64,000 nucleotides of DNA from Escherichia phage PP01: sequence record NC_054930.1. The stretch is one strand, 5' to 3'. The number at the start of each line of letters is the position of its first letter. Position 1 is the stretch's first letter. Positions 43,510 through 52,860 of this stretch are shown one piece after another. The notes under the pieces are model-generated. The model saw nothing but the letters and a program-made list of their open reading frames with translations. It had not been told where the DNA came from and ran no database searches. The position numbers were made by a program, and so were the translations under genes.

Positions 43510-43560
43510 AAATTTTCCGCTTAGTTAATAGATAGTGACTCGTCCGTGAGTCAAATTATA

Positions 43561-45825
43561 TCATAATTTACAGGATGAACAATCTTCAGCTTTTGGAGTT
43601 TCTATTTCATAATCATCAGTACCAGAACCATCACGGGTATTATGATAATAGAAATTTTTTCCGCCAAAATACCAAAAATACAAAAGGTCATCAATCATTA
43701 CAGACATTGGAACCTTTCCTTTTGGAAAAATCTGCGGGTCATAATATGTATTCGCTGAAGCTGATTGACATACCCATTTCAGCATAATAGCTACCTGCGT
43801 AAGATAAGGTTTATTACCTTTCTTAGCTAATTTCCATGTATAATCATAGAGGTCTATGTTATGTTCAATATTGGGCACGACTTGATTAAAGGAACCCTCT
43901 TTTGATTCTTTAACCGAGACTGGTCCACGTGGAGGCTCGATACCATTTGTACTGTTAGAAACTTGGGAAGATGACTCACATGGCATAAGTGCTGATAATG
44001 TGCTATTACGGATGCCAAAGAGCTTAAGGTCTTCCCGCAGCGCCGACCAGTCACAAACGTATTTTGGAGCTGCGATTTGATCAATCTTTTTATTGTACCA
44101 GTCGATAGGTAATTCGTCTCGAGACCAACGAGTGTCTGAATAATATTCGCAAGGTCCTTTTTCTTTGGCGAGCTTAATGGATGCTTTAATGAGTCCATAC
44201 TGTAGTCTCTCAAATAGTTCATGTGTTAAATCGTTAGCATCTTCATAAGAAGCAAAGTTACTTGCCAGCCAAGCTGCATAGTTAGTAACACCTACACCAA
44301 GATTTCGACGCTTTTTAGCTTTTTCTGCTTCAGGAACTGGATATCCTTGGTAATCCAAAAGATTATCAAGAGCACGAACTTGGACTTCTGCCAATTCATT
44401 AATTTTATCTTGGTCTTGCCAATCGAAGTTATCCAACACAAATGCAGATAACGTACACAATCCAATTTCAGCATCAGGACTATTCACATCATTTGTTGGA
44501 ATAGCAATTTCACAGCACAAGTTACTCTGACGAATAGGTGCCTTTTCACGAATAAACGGAGTATAGTTATTCGTATTATCAATGAACTGTACATAAATCC
44601 TTGCTGTTCCTGAGCGTTCAGTCATGAGCAATTCAAATAATTCACGAGCTTTAATACGCTTTTTACGAATATTAGGATCTTTTTCTGCTGCTTCGTATAA
44701 TTCACGGAAACGGTCTTGGTCTTTAAAATAAGAATAATAAAGCTCGCCACCCATTTCATGCGGACTGAACAAAGTAATGTAGTCGTTCTTTCCAAACCGT
44801 TCCATCATCAAATCATTCAGCTGGACGCCATAATCCATATGACGGATACGGTTTTCTTCTACACCTTTGTTATTTTTCAAAACGAGAAGATTTTCAACTT
44901 CCAAATGCCAAATAGGATAATAAGCAGTAGCAGCGCCGCCACGAATTCCGCCCTGTGAACATGATTTAACAGCAGTCTGAAAATGTTTCCAAAAAGGAAT
45001 AACCCCAGTATGACGCACTTCACCTGTGCCAATCTTAGAACCTTCGGCACGAATCATACCAACGTTAATGCCGATTCCAGCTCGTTTAGAAATATACTCA
45101 ACAATTGAAGCAGAAGCCTTATTGATAGACTTCAGCGAATCACCTGCCTCAATAACAACGCATGAACTAAATTGCCGAGTCGGAGTACGACATCCAGCCA
45201 TAATAGGAGTTGGCAATGAAATCTGTCGAGTAGATACTGCTTCATAAAAACGGATAACGTGTTTTAATCTATCAACAGGTTCATCTTGATGCAATGCCAT
45301 TCCAATAGTCATAAATGCAAACTGTGGAGTTTCATAAATTTGACCAGTGGTTTTATCTTTAACGAGATATTTTTCTTTTAATTGCATCGCCCCGGAATAA
45401 GTAAATTCCATATCCCGCTCATGCTTAATTTTTGATTCTAAAAATGTAATTTCTTCTGCTGAATATTTTGACAACAATTCAGGGTCATATTTACCTTCAT
45501 TTACGCAGTAAGAAATATGGTCAATAAATGAACGTGGTTCATACTGCCCATAAACATGCTTACGAAGAGCGAACATTAAACAGCGCGCAGCTACGTATTG
45601 ATAATCAGGCTCTTCAACTGAAATAGAATTCGCAGCAGCCTTAATGACAATAGTCTGAATGTCATCAGTTGTCATTCCATCACGGAGATATGATTTAATA
45701 TTTTCATATAATTCATAAGGATCTACAGATGTTCCTTCAGCTGCCCAAGATAAAACTTTAATAATTTTTTGCGGGTCAAAGCTTTGAGAAACACCACTAC
45801 TTTTGATAACATTAATTAATTGCAT
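43561..45825 (-). CDS. nrdA: Ribonucleotide reductase large subunit
   Basis: 754 aa; synteny. Confidence 0.96.
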   Translation of the reverse strand: MQLINVIKSSGVSQSFDPQKIIKVLSWAAEGTSVDPYELYENIKSYLRDGMTTDDIQTIVIKAAANSISVEEPDYQYVAARCLMFALRKHVYGQYEPRSFIDHISYCVNEGKYDPELLSKYSAEEITFLESKIKHERDMEFTYSGAMQLKEKYLVKDKTTGQIYETPQFAFMTIGMALHQDEPVDRLKHVIRFYEAVSTRQISLPTPIMAGCRTPTRQFSSCVVIEAGDSLKSINKASASIVEYISKRAGIGINVGMIRAEGSKIGTGEVRHTGVIPFWKHFQTAVKSCSQGGIRGGAATAYYPIWHLEVENLLVLKNNKGVEENRIRHMDYGVQLNDLMMERFGKNDYITLFSPHEMGGELYYSYFKDQDRFRELYEAAEKDPNIRKKRIKARELFELLMTERSGTARIYVQFIDNTNNYTPFIREKAPIRQSNLCCEIAIPTNDVNSPDAEIGLCTLSAFVLDNFDWQDQDKINELAEVQVRALDNLLDYQGYPVPEAEKAKKRRNLGVGVTNYAAWLASNFASYEDANDLTHELFERLQYGLIKASIKLAKEKGPCEYYSDTRWSRDELPIDWYNKKIDQIAAPKYVCDWSALREDLKLFGIRNSTLSALMPCESSSQVSNSTNGIEPPRGPVSVKESKEGSFNQVVPNIEHNIDLYDYTWKLAKKGNKPYLTQVAIMLKWVCQSASANTYYDPQIFPKGKVPMSVMIDDLLYFWYFGGKNFYYHNTRDGSGTDDYEIETPKAEDCSSCKL

Positions 45826-46142
45826 AAGTCCTCAACTTGAAAATCGTCTTTAAACAATCGGTTAACTATATGAGCTATTATATCACCATGACACGGCTTT
45901 GGTTTACATGTGCATCCTAGCCTCATTCCACGTAAAGGCTCTAAATGTGCTTTAGTTATTTCTCCGGATTTAATTCGACGTATAAAATCTTTTTTAAATA
46001 ATTCAATGGCAGCCTCCCGGCTGCCAGCATCTTTACCGACGTAATTTCCCCAAAATGTACCGCGGTGAATATTAACATCAAAGTCGGATTTATATTTATT
46101 CACTACCCGGCATAGACGGCCCGCGCGGTGATAATTCAGCAT
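45816..46142 (-). CDS. Small protein with C-x-C...P-C-H-G-D motif (nrdA.1 position)
   Basis: 108 aa; ...[18 protein letters not shown]... Confidence 0.65.
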   Translation of the reverse strand: MLNYHRAGRLCRVVNKYKSDFDVNIHRGTFWGNYVGKDAGSREAAIELFKKDFIRRIKSGEITKAHLEPLRGMRLGCTCKPKPCHGDIIAHIVNRLFKDDFQVEDLCN

Positions 46143-46371
46143 ATTGTTTTTCCGTCAAAACAGTAATATCGTAGTAACAGTCAGAAGAAGTTTTAACTGT
46201 GGAAATTTTATTATCAAAATACTCACGGGTCATTTTATGAGTATAATATTTTTTACCATAAATGATAATAGGCTGATTTGGTCCTGGAACTTCTAACTCA
46301 CTTGGGTTAGGAAGTGTAAAAAGAACGGCACCAGAAGTATCTTTAAATCGTAAAATCATATATCCTCTCAA
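46096..46371 (-). CDS. Hypothetical protein (nrdA.2 position)
   Basis: 91 aa ORF; start uncertain. Confidence 0.55.
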   Translation of the reverse strand: MRGYMILRFKDTSGAVLFTLPNPSELEVPGPNQPIIIYGKKYYTHKMTREYFDNKISTVKTSSDCYYDITVLTEKQYAELSPRGPSMPGSE

Positions 46372-46382
46372 TTAAATTAAAA

Positions 46383-47243
46383 TTATACCGCCATCTTTCC
46401 TTTAATTGGCGGGTGAGATACATAGTTGTTAAGAACGAAATCTTTAGGTCTAAGTTTAAGAACATATTTTAATTGTTCTTTAGTAGAAAGATATCGGAAT
46501 TTATAAGGTAGACCACTTATTACCAGCTCACAAAGCTCTTTAGGTTCACGCCTCAAAATTTCTTTACACTGTTCTACGTGATTCATATAGATATGAGTAT
46601 TACCACCAGAAAATATCAAATCTCCTGGAATAAGATTACACATCTTAGCTACAATATGAACTAACGTAGCATATGATGCAATATTAAATGGAAGACCGAG
46701 AAAAACATCTACCGAACGTTGATACCACTGCAAATCCAAATAGCCATTACGCACATTAAACTGATAGAACATATGACAAGGCGGTAATGCCATATATTTA
46801 AGTTCAGCTGGATTCCATGCTGAAACAATTTGACGCCTATCATTTGGCAGTTTTTTAATACGATCAACAACTTCTATAATTTGGTCTACACCACCAAAAT
46901 CACGCCACTGTTTTCCATAAATTGGACCAAGTTCACCGCTATGATACCCTAAATCTTTTGCCTGATTTTCGTAATTTTCATCCCAAACTGTTTTGCCTTG
47001 AATTAATGAATCGTGCTGAATTAATCGTAAATCATTGACATTTGTGCTTCCTGATAAAAACCAAAGCAGCTCAGCAATGCAAGCTTTCCAGGCGAGCTTC
47101 TTAGTTGTTACCGCAGGAAAACCTTTAGTTAAATCCCAGCGTAATTTAGTACCAAACAAAGCAATTGTTCCTGTGCCTGTTCGGTCATCGGTTTCATAGC
47201 CATTTTCAAAAATGTCTTTAATTAAATCTTGGTATTGTTTCAT
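46383..47243 (-). CDS. td: Thymidylate synthase, uninterrupted (no group I intron)
   Basis: 286-aa continuous ORF; N-terminus MKQYQDLIKDIFENGY; active-site PCH. Confidence 0.97.
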   Translation of the reverse strand: MKQYQDLIKDIFENGYETDDRTGTGTIALFGTKLRWDLTKGFPAVTTKKLAWKACIAELLWFLSGSTNVNDLRLIQHDSLIQGKTVWDENYENQAKDLGYHSGELGPIYGKQWRDFGGVDQIIEVVDRIKKLPNDRRQIVSAWNPAELKYMALPPCHMFYQFNVRNGYLDLQWYQRSVDVFLGLPFNIASYATLVHIVAKMCNLIPGDLIFSGGNTHIYMNHVEQCKEILRREPKELCELVISGLPYKFRYLSTKEQLKYVLKLRPKDFVLNNYVSHPPIKGKMAV

Positions 47244-47288
47244 TTAGTACCTTATATAAATTATAATACATTTTATGAAGCTAAATAA

Positions 47289-47636
47289 TCAATACGGTTT
47301 AGCATCAAATTTTCTCTCAATTTCAGGCGTGAAGTATAATTCTTTGCCACGTTTGGAAAAGCGACCAATAATATGATAATTATTCTCATCAAACGTAATA
47401 TTGCCAATATCCATGGCTTTCAACCAAATATCGATATTTCTATCCAGTTTTATATCAAAATTCCAATACGGAGAACTATTACCGAAAATACTGCAAGCGG
47501 ATTCAGTGAAACAACTACTATAAATCTTGTCTTTAGGAACTACTAATTGATAGACGCCTTTAATAAACTGAGGACCCTGCCATTTAGGTTGTTTCGCGTC
47601 TTTTTCTAATAGAATAGGGTAATAATTAAAATTCAT
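47289..47636 (-). CDS. Hypothetical protein inserted between frd and td (115 aa from ATG; 119 aa from the upstream GTG at 47648)
   Basis: ORF filling a roughly 410-bp frd-td spacer; no recognisable motif. Confidence 0.55.
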   Translation of the reverse strand: MNFNYYPILLEKDAKQPKWQGPQFIKGVYQLVVPKDKIYSSCFTESACSIFGNSSPYWNFDIKLDRNIDIWLKAMDIGNITFDENNYHIIGRFSKRGKELYFTPEIERKFDAKPY

Positions 47637-47656
47637 ATTTTCCGCCACGCATTATT

Positions 47657-48483
<827 letters not shown>

Positions 48484-48493
48484 ATTATTTTCC

Positions 48494-48736
48494 TTAAACA
48501 GACTTTTTCACAATTTTCCAATCAGCTTTAAACTGCTCGACGTCAGAATGGTAAATCCAGAATCCTGCGCTTTCTCCATCCTCATAAAGAGGACATCCAT
48601 CGCATTCATCTTCCCATCCCATATCACGTAAAAGATGTTCAGCTTTTTCAACAAGTTCAGAATCTTTACCGATGATATTAAAATACCATTTACCTCTAAC
48701 TTCTGAATCTTTGATGCTTTGGCGTTGTAATCTCAT
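48494..48736 (-). CDS. Hypothetical protein (frd.2 position)
   Basis: 80 aa ORF. Confidence 0.6.
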   Translation of the reverse strand: MRLQRQSIKDSEVRGKWYFNIIGKDSELVEKAEHLLRDMGWEDECDGCPLYEDGESAGFWIYHSDVEQFKADWKIVKKSV

Positions 48737-48790
48737 TTTATTCTCCTTAATTGATAGGGTAATAGTATCACGCTACTACCCTTCTGTAAA

Positions 48791-49171
48791 CTACTTTTTG
48801 AAAGTTTTTCGCAAAAGTTCAATGATTTCATCTACATTGTTTTCGTCAACAATGCAGTGAATTTTTGTTACGCCAGAAACCGGGTCTTTGACTTCATCTT
48901 TTTCAGAAGTCGGTTCTTTATACTCACGAAAACAATGAAATTCGTCTTCGCAAATTTCTAAAAGTCTATCTTTGAGGTAAAAATGTTTTCCATTTGCGCA
49001 TTCAATGTGTTTTACTGCTTTATATCCATTAGCGACGGAAACTTCTTTAACTTCAAACCATCCGCCATTCTCTCGAATGGCTTTAACTATTGATGAATTA
49101 GAACGTGGGCTATAATTAATAAATGTATCAATAAGTCTTGGAACAAGTTCATACTTTTTACCGGTATACAT
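48791..49171 (-). CDS. Hypothetical protein (frd.3 position)
   Basis: 126 aa ORF. Confidence 0.6.
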   Translation of the reverse strand: MYTGKKYELVPRLIDTFINYSPRSNSSIVKAIRENGGWFEVKEVSVANGYKAVKHIECANGKHFYLKDRLLEICEDEFHCFREYKEPTSEKDEVKDPVSGVTKIHCIVDENNVDEIIELLRKTFKK

Positions 49172-49215
49172 TACGGTTTCCTCATTTTAACGGGGCTGTA
49201 ATAGCCCCTTGATAA

Positions 49216-49443
49216 TTATTGTTCAATCAGTCCCATGTAAAATTCTGCGTCTTCAGAATCCATGCCATCACAATATTCATTAGCCATAAAGAGGGTGAGG
49301 TCTTCAAGAGGACCTTTAATAACGATTTGAATACTCCAAAACTTAGAATCTTGCACGCTTGTGATACTAAGTTCAGGATAACGATTACGAATAATCTCTT
49401 CAATATATTCAAAATCAACGATGTCAATATCAACTTTAGCCAT
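49216..49443 (-). CDS. Hypothetical 75-aa protein; the start is reassigned to ATG 49443 because an early-type promoter lies inside the longer ORF
   Basis: AAAGAGGAAAATAAT-ATG RBS; GTTTACA, 17 bp, TACTAT at about 49465-49512 on the minus strand. Confidence 0.5.
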   Translation of the reverse strand: MAKVDIDIVDFEYIEEIIRNRYPELSITSVQDSKFWSIQIVIKGPLEDLTLFMANEYCDGMDSEDAEFYMGLIEQ

Positions 49444-49540
49444 ATTATTTTCCTCTTTAATCATCAGCAGTATTGCCGATAGTTGTATAGTACCATGGAA
49501 GGACAAGGATGTAAACAGTTTTGTGAAAAATTTTTAAATT

Positions 49541-49562
49541 AAAAAAGGGGACCCTAGAGGTC
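49541..49562 (-). terminator. Hairpin GGGGACC-5 nt loop-GGUCCCC after gene 32
   Basis: 7-bp inverted repeat. Confidence 0.55.
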
Positions 49563-49587
49563 CCCAATTAATTAGTAATATAATCTA

Positions 49588-50496
49588 TTAAAGGTCATTC
49601 AAAAGGTCATCCAGGTCCGTGTCATCAGCACTAGATGAACTGCTAGAGCTTGAGCTCATAAAATCATCTTCAGTTTTTGTATTGAAGTCATCAACATTGA
49701 ATGCATCCAAATCATCAGCAACTTTATCAGCTTTCTTAGCAGCAGTTGCAGCGGCACCGCCCATCACAGCAGTTCCCATAACTTGACCGAATTTAGTATT
49801 CAGTTCTTCAAACGATTTGAATTTATCTTTAGAAGTCATTTCAGAAAGGTCAACCATTTGTTCGAACAGTTCTTTCTGGAAAGATTCATCGTCAATGTTT
49901 GGAATCGCAGATTGATTCAGGAATTTAGATTCATCGTAGTTACTAAATCCGGAAACTTGTTTAACTTTCAGTACAAAGTTAGCACCTTCCCACGGGCAAG
50001 TTACATCAACCGGAGTTTCACCCATTTCGACATCAACCGCAATCATTGCATTGATTTTATCCCAGATTTTCTTACCGAAACGGTATTTAAATACTTTACC
50101 TTCGTTTTCTGGAGCAGCTGGGTCTTTTACTACAAGAATGTTAGCCCAGTAAGAAGTTTTACGTTTAACAAGACCGTACTCTTTATTGTCAGTGTTGTAC
50201 AGATCATTTTTACTGATGTACTGACATACTGGGCAAGAATCGTAATCACCGTGGGTAGATGAACAGTTTTCAATATACCATTTACCATTTTTCTTGAAAC
50301 CGTGATTTACAAGAATTGCGAATGGTGCTTGTTCATCATTTTTAGACGGAAGAAAACGAATTACTGCTTGACCGTTACCCGCATTGTCGAGTTTCAGTTT
50401 CCACTCGCCTTTATCTTCAGAAGAAAAACCACCTTTATTTCCAGCCAGTTTAGCCATTTGTGCAGCGAGTTCAGCAGTAGATTTACGTTTAAACAT
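49588..50496 (-). CDS. 32: Single-stranded DNA-binding protein gp32
   Basis: 302 aa; N-terminus [17 protein letters not shown]; acidic C-terminus with a poly-Ser run. Confidence 0.97.
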   Translation of the reverse strand: MFKRKSTAELAAQMAKLAGNKGGFSSEDKGEWKLKLDNAGNGQAVIRFLPSKNDEQAPFAILVNHGFKKNGKWYIENCSSTHGDYDSCPVCQYISKNDLYNTDNKEYGLVKRKTSYWANILVVKDPAAPENEGKVFKYRFGKKIWDKINAMIAVDVEMGETPVDVTCPWEGANFVLKVKQVSGFSNYDESKFLNQSAIPNIDDESFQKELFEQMVDLSEMTSKDKFKSFEELNTKFGQVMGTAVMGGAAATAAKKADKVADDLDAFNVDDFNTKTEDDFMSSSSSSSSSADDTDLDDLLNDL

Positions 50497-50565
50497 TTTT
50501 ATTTCCTTTTTAATTTAATTAACAGTTGGTGCTATGACGATGTATGACCTCATAGCTGGTCAGTG
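50497..50565 (-). promoter_or_regulatory. Gene 32 autoregulatory translational operator (5' leader with pseudoknot plus A/U-rich gp32 binding region)
   Basis: Minus-strand reading GCUAUGAGGUCAUACAUCGUCAUAGCAC...UUAAUUAAAUUAAAAAGGAAAUAAAA-AUG matches the remembered T4 operator. Confidence 0.7.
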
Positions 50566-50595
50566 AGATAATTATAATTTATTTATAATAAGCAA

Positions 50596-51249
50596 TTAAT
50601 ACTTACAAGATTTCACAGTTTCAATAAAAACTTTTTTAGCTTCCTGTGAATCGATATTTAAAATTTTTCTATAAGCTTTTAACTTTATAGAATAATTGTT
50701 CCAAACTAAATTATCAGTTTGTTCATCATGTTTATCAATTATATTTAAAAATGAATCAAGCAAGATAAACGTTTCAAACGAAATTATGTTCGACTGAAGC
50801 AGTTTAAAAATATAACTTGATTGAACCTTTGGATTATATTCAAAGATTTCTTTAAAAGCAGAAACTTCAACTTTTTTACTAAAATAATAAATGTTGCGAA
50901 TATCTTCTTCAAACTTAAATTTAATTTGCTTTAAGCGTCCGATATATTCACGATAAAACACAAGTGCATCAGCGTCAGAGATGTCACCAATCCAAGCATC
51001 TTGGTTAGCAACAAGATTGCTTATAAAGATTAAAGCAAGTTCCTTTAATTTATATTTTTCTGATAACTTCTGGAAAAAATACTTATCCCTTCGCTTTTGA
51101 TAAGCGGCATCAGACACCCGCATGCACCAATTATACTTAATTACATCATACTTTCCATTCATATGTTGTTTTATCATTAAGTATAATTTATAAACTGATT
51201 TACCATCAATATATCTTTCACCACCAGCAGGCATGCGGAGTTTAATCAT
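50596..51249 (-). CDS. 59: Helicase loader gp59
   Basis: 217 aa; synteny. Confidence 0.93.
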   Translation of the reverse strand: MIKLRMPAGGERYIDGKSVYKLYLMIKQHMNGKYDVIKYNWCMRVSDAAYQKRRDKYFFQKLSEKYKLKELALIFISNLVANQDAWIGDISDADALVFYREYIGRLKQIKFKFEEDIRNIYYFSKKVEVSAFKEIFEYNPKVQSSYIFKLLQSNIISFETFILLDSFLNIIDKHDEQTDNLVWNNYSIKLKAYRKILNIDSQEAKKVFIETVKSCKY

Positions 51250-51259
51250 AGTAGAAAAT

Positions 51260-51583
51260 CTAATGTATTAGTTTTTCACAACGAACAACAGAAGGACGTA
51301 AAAGATTTTCGTCAATGGCTTCTGACTGAATTTTTTCAATTATACCCGAAGGAATAAATTTAGCAAATTGAGTTTCAGGAATAGAATTTTCTTCTAAGAA
51401 TGCTGTTGTAGCTTCAAGATAACTCATTCCAAACTCTTCTACCATTTTTTCAATAATAAATCCATTTTCTTGGCGGTCAAGAAGCTTTGCTATTTCATCC
51501 TTTTCTTTCTTAATTGAAAGTTCTTTTTCTGAAAGACCGGTCTCATCGACCGGACGAATATCATTTAGAGAAAACTGTGTCAT
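51260..51583 (-). CDS. 33: Late transcription co-activator gp33
   Basis: 107 aa from ATG 51583 (the ORF-track start 51592 is TTG); synteny. Confidence 0.8.
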   Translation of the reverse strand: MTQFSLNDIRPVDETGLSEKELSIKKEKDEIAKLLDRQENGFIIEKMVEEFGMSYLEATTAFLEENSIPETQFAKFIPSGIIEKIQSEAIDENLLRPSVVRCEKLIH

Positions 51584-51830
51584 AAAGTTCAACTACCTCT
51601 TCAGTTTCAGCTTCAAACACATCACGGTTATCTTTATGATACAAAGCTAATAGACGATTAAACATCTTACCATCAACGCCAAGTTCATCTTTGGCACGAA
51701 TTCGAATATCTTTAATCAGTTCATTATAACCGGAAATTTTCAGTTTATGATCAGATGCTTCTTTAATAAATTTAGCCAAGTCTTCGCCATGGATAGCTTC
51801 ATCAAATTCAACCATTTCTTTTTTAGCCAT
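51561..51830 (-). CDS. dsbA: Double-stranded DNA-binding protein DsbA
   Basis: 89 aa; synteny. Confidence 0.85.
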   Translation of the reverse strand: MAKKEMVEFDEAIHGEDLAKFIKEASDHKLKISGYNELIKDIRIRAKDELGVDGKMFNRLLALYHKDNRDVFEAETEEVVELYDTVFSK

Positions 51831-51838
51831 TATTCACC

Positions 51839-52756
51839 TCAAAATTCATTAATGCTATTAGTTAATTTAGAAAGACCCGCTTTTACAAAATATGAATAAA
51901 TTTTGCCACGCGGTGGTAATTTATATGAATTATAGTAATTCACAATGTTTGAAGCAATATTATCAGGAATATAATCAAAATCAATTAGAACTAAATTTTC
52001 TTTATAACGATTATATTCAGATTCTGTGAGAAGCACCTTAGCTTGCTCACGGTCATTAGCAATAGCTTCAACGATTGAAGTTTTCATTGAAGGAGTTCGT
52101 TCACCTTCAACTCTGGTAAACCAAAAGTCAGATCGTACTTTAACTGAAGCAACGTTATCCTTTTTGTCGCCTTTAAGGATTTTAGTCATACAGTCAATTT
52201 CAGCAGAACCACTTTTAATTTTAACCCATTTCTTATGCATCGGAGACCATTGCTTAACATTTGGGTATTTGTGAAGTTGAGTAAAGTCACCATCCGATGA
52301 AATGATTAAAATCTTATGTCCTTCTAAAGAGAACTTTTTAACAAGAACAGCAATGTGGTCATCTGCTTCATACTTATCAATATCCATAACAATGTATGGC
52401 ATATAAGCTTTCAATTCATCTATAACTTTATGACTGGATTCAAAATAACCTTCCCAGTCCCAAGTAGATTCTTCTCGTGCTTTTCCACGGTTTTTCTTAT
52501 AATAATAAGCGAAATCACGACGCCAGTATCCAGATTTCGCGTTATCAATACACAGTACAATTTTAGTGTATCCAAGCGTTTTTGCTTTTTTGACATTAAA
52601 CTTAATTGAGTTCAATATCAAATGACGAACCATTGATAAATTAATTTTTTCTTTATCTGGGAAGTTTACAAGAGCAGTTGAAAGCGCAATTTGACTAAAG
52701 TCAATAAAGCAAATTCCTTCTTTATAGTCTTCATCTAGCATCATTTCTAAATCCAT
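51839..52756 (-). CDS. rnh: RNase H (5'-3' exonuclease, FEN family)
   Basis: 305 aa from ATG 52756 (the ORF-track start is TTG); preceded by an early promoter GTTTACT, 17 bp, TATAAT at about 52775-52815. Confidence 0.93.
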   Translation of the reverse strand: MDLEMMLDEDYKEGICFIDFSQIALSTALVNFPDKEKINLSMVRHLILNSIKFNVKKAKTLGYTKIVLCIDNAKSGYWRRDFAYYYKKNRGKAREESTWDWEGYFESSHKVIDELKAYMPYIVMDIDKYEADDHIAVLVKKFSLEGHKILIISSDGDFTQLHKYPNVKQWSPMHKKWVKIKSGSAEIDCMTKILKGDKKDNVASVKVRSDFWFTRVEGERTPSMKTSIVEAIANDREQAKVLLTESEYNRYKENLVLIDFDYIPDNIASNIVNYYNSYKLPPRGKIYSYFVKAGLSKLTNSINEF

Positions 52757-52818
52757 ATGAACCTCGTTCAATTAGTGAGATTTCTATTATATACCATCCA
52801 AATCTTAAAGTAAACAAG

Positions 52819-52826
52819 TATAAATA
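52819..52826 (+). promoter_or_regulatory. Late promoter TATAAATA for gene 34
   Basis: Exact TATAAATA about 34 nt upstream of ATG. Confidence 0.7.
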
Positions 52827-52860
52827 CTTATTATTGAAAACACAATAGGAGCCCGGGAGA

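Noticed and set aside
46383-47243. Group I intron or I-TevI-like ORF in td, and an intron in nrdB
   Set aside because: Both genes are single uninterrupted ORFs of the expected protein length; no intron is present.
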